Assembly (NCBI GenBank): GCA_965223325.1
Contig: CBDCWI010000001.1
Location: 128,001-192,000 of the forward strand
Source of the DNA: Candidatus Multivoradales bacterium
Lineage (GTDB): Bacteria; Acidobacteriota; Thermoanaerobaculia; Multivoradales; Multivoraceae
DNA: 64,000 bases
Direction: 5' to 3'
A program made the position numbers and the translations under genes. The notes under the pieces were generated by a model. The model worked only from the letters and a program-made list of their open reading frames with translations, did not search any database and was not told the DNA's origin. Below, one piece after another: positions 62,083 through 64,000 of this stretch (positions within the stretch are counted from its first letter, which is position 1; each line of letters opens with the position of its first letter).

Positions 62083-63770
62083 TCTGGAGTCACCTCGAGG
62101 GCGGTGGACAGGAGTGCGCCTCCCGCCAGGTCATAAACGGCCACCACGACATCGTGCGGCTTCCTTCTCATCAAGAGCCGCGTCGCCCAGCGGTAGTAGC
62201 TGCCCCCCGCGGGACGGTCAGGCATCTCGAACGACAACGGGATCACAGGTATTTCCTCGCCCGTTGCACCATCCGCGTCGAGCACTGCCACGCGCAGCTC
62301 GAGGTTGGCAGTCCAGCTGGGCTTCGCGGGGTTTGTGCCACTCGGGAGCAACACCAGAGCGTCGAGCGGAATCGCCATGGCCAGCGGCACGATCATTTTG
62401 CGGCGACCCTTGGTTTCCGGCCGCCCGACCTGCACCAGGAGGGGGACTTCCGATGGTGGCGTCCCGAAATGGAGAGCACTCTCGACCGCCGTGGTGACCT
62501 GGGTCTGGCGCGAGAAGTCGGCATAGTTCTCGCGCGCTCTCGCCCGGTAGCCCTTGGTCTTCATGACCACTTTGACGTCATGGCGACTGTCGTCGCCCTG
62601 CCAGGTGGGAGTGAAGCCGAGCCAGTAGAAGGAACGGGTGTCGGCGACCACCGCTTCGAAAGCCGTGCGGCCACGACCGTCGAGCAGGGCGCGACCGCCG
62701 GTCTCGTCGGAGATGAACTGCAGGCTCTGGTGAACGCCGGTCTCGCGCAGGAAACCGTCCGTTGCGGCACCGGTGCGCTCGAAGTCGGCTCCGATCAGAC
62801 CGGTGAACTGAACACCAGCAACGTCGACCGCGTAGACCGTGTAGCCGAGCAGGTTGGCGGTATCGACAATCGCTCCGTAGAGCTCTTCGCCGCGATCGAT
62901 CTCGGCTTCGACGACCGGCCGCGAAATGTCGTTGACGATGAACTCGACCGGATCCCACGGCCAACCGCCGGCGAGCAGGACAAAAACCTTGCGTCCCGGT
63001 GGGTTGGCGAACCCGCGCAGGGTTGCCGCGGCAGCAGCCGAGACCCGCTCGAGCTGGTCTTCGAGACGTTCGACGTAGGCGCGTTCTTCGAGACTCAGGT
63101 TGGTCTGGATGTCGCTCCCCAGAGGGCCATCGGTGTCCGGCAGGATGCTGCGCGCCTGGCGCAACTCTGCGGCGCGCTGAAGGCCCGACGAACGCCGGTC
63201 GCGGGCCTCGCGCAGCGCCTTTTCGAGGTCGCGCTCCGACTGGGTCCAGCTGGTGAGCATGGTGAGCTCGGACCCGTCGTAGGCCACGATTGCCATGCGG
63301 TCTTCGGGACCGAGCTGTGCCGTCTGCAGGGCGAGCTGATCGAGCACCCGCCGGCGGTCAACGTTCTCGGAGAACAACTCATCGATGAACACCAGGTAGC
63401 TGGTGCCAACCCGGCCGCCGGGGCCGACCGCCGGGACCTCGGCGATGGCACTCCCGGTGCTCTCTTCGGCGACGTTCTGCGCGCGACCCCCGTTGATCTC
63501 GCTGAAATACTGAATGTCGACTGGCTCGCCGTCGATCTGGAGCTCGAAGTCTTCGGGCCCGAGGCCGGTGATGATTTCGCCGCGCCGGTCGGTGACCACC
63601 ACCTCGACATTGACCACCCGCACATCGACGGTCTCGCCGAAATGCGCGACCGGGGCGCTCTCCTCGGAAGTCCTGTTTTCGGAAGACTGTCCGAGCGAGG
63701 GGCCAACCGCCGCCAGCAAGAAGACGAGCGCCGCAGCGGCTTGCTGTCGCGCGCCCGATGAATGAAGCAT
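62079..63770 (-). CDS. Secreted VWA-domain protein, paralog of the neighbouring gene
   Basis: Signal peptide; VVNVEVVVTDR, GLGPEDFEL, GRK, DETGG and YWLGF. Confidence 0.85.
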   Translation of the reverse strand: MLHSSGARQQAAAALVFLLAAVGPSLGQSSENRTSEESAPVAHFGETVDVRVVNVEVVVTDRRGEIITGLGPEDFELQIDGEPVDIQYFSEINGGRAQNVAEESTGSAIAEVPAVGPGGRVGTSYLVFIDELFSENVDRRRVLDQLALQTAQLGPEDRMAIVAYDGSELTMLTSWTQSERDLEKALREARDRRSSGLQRAAELRQARSILPDTDGPLGSDIQTNLSLEERAYVERLEDQLERVSAAAAATLRGFANPPGRKVFVLLAGGWPWDPVEFIVNDISRPVVEAEIDRGEELYGAIVDTANLLGYTVYAVDVAGVQFTGLIGADFERTGAATDGFLRETGVHQSLQFISDETGGRALLDGRGRTAFEAVVADTRSFYWLGFTPTWQGDDSRHDVKVVMKTKGYRARARENYADFSRQTQVTTAVESALHFGTPPSEVPLLVQVGRPETKGRRKMIVPLAMAIPLDALVLLPSGTNPAKPSWTANLELRVAVLDADGATGEEIPVIPLSFEMPDRPAGGSYYRWATRLLMRRKPHDVVVAVYDLAGGALLSTALEVTPE

Positions 63771-63861
63771 CCGCGGATTCTACCTTTCGGGGAAAGGTCG
63801 TGCGCGGCTTCGTACTGGCGAGCGCGCGCGAAGTGTTCTAGCGCCGTCGCAGGCGCACGAG

Positions 63862-64000
63862 ATGGTTGACCGGACCGTGCCCCGAGCCGAGTGGGAAGGC
63901 GCGCGACATCGCCTCGTGGAGGAAGGAGCCGGCCCTTTCTACGGCGACCTCGAGCTCGAGGCCGGTCCCGAGTCCAGCGGCGATCGCCGCCGAGAGAGTA
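63862..64000 (+). CDS. Possible 5' end of a hypothetical gene running off the window
   Basis: Open frame MVDRTVPRAEWEG... from ATG 63862 to the window end. Confidence 0.3.
   Translation, partial: MVDRTVPRAEWEGARHRLVEEGAGPFYGDLELEAGPESSGDRRRES

Overview
High-GC bacterial chromosomal window, probably Acidobacteriota (inferred from two tandem Acidobacterial-type VWA proteins and a DUF6677-like gene). It is mostly housekeeping: coaBC-rpoZ-gmk-yicC-lpxB, ihfB-rpsA, queG-folA-thyA, secA-guaB, trxA-ribF-rimO, and a long minus-strand run asnS-rnc-mutL-ppdK-glyS-glyQ-recO-mgtE-era-ybeY-HD protein-phoH-hbd-tsaE-nnr. Two things stand out. (1) Two non-coding tandem arrays, with 240-bp units after guaB and 221-bp units after asnS. 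They look unrelated on the + strand but share ordered motifs when read in the direction of their host gene. Each starts with an 18-bp perfect inverted repeat that spans the host stop codon. A complete group II intron (35891-37800) sits precisely inside one unit, and its predicted EBS1 pairs with an 11-nt motif conserved in both arrays. (2) glyQ and glyS are full-length, syntenic and translationally coupled, but the GlyQ catalytic motifs are largely erased, which suggests a pseudo-synthetase. All calls come from reading the sequence and recalled family motifs; no database search was run. Several start codons are trimmed from the ORF track by judgement.
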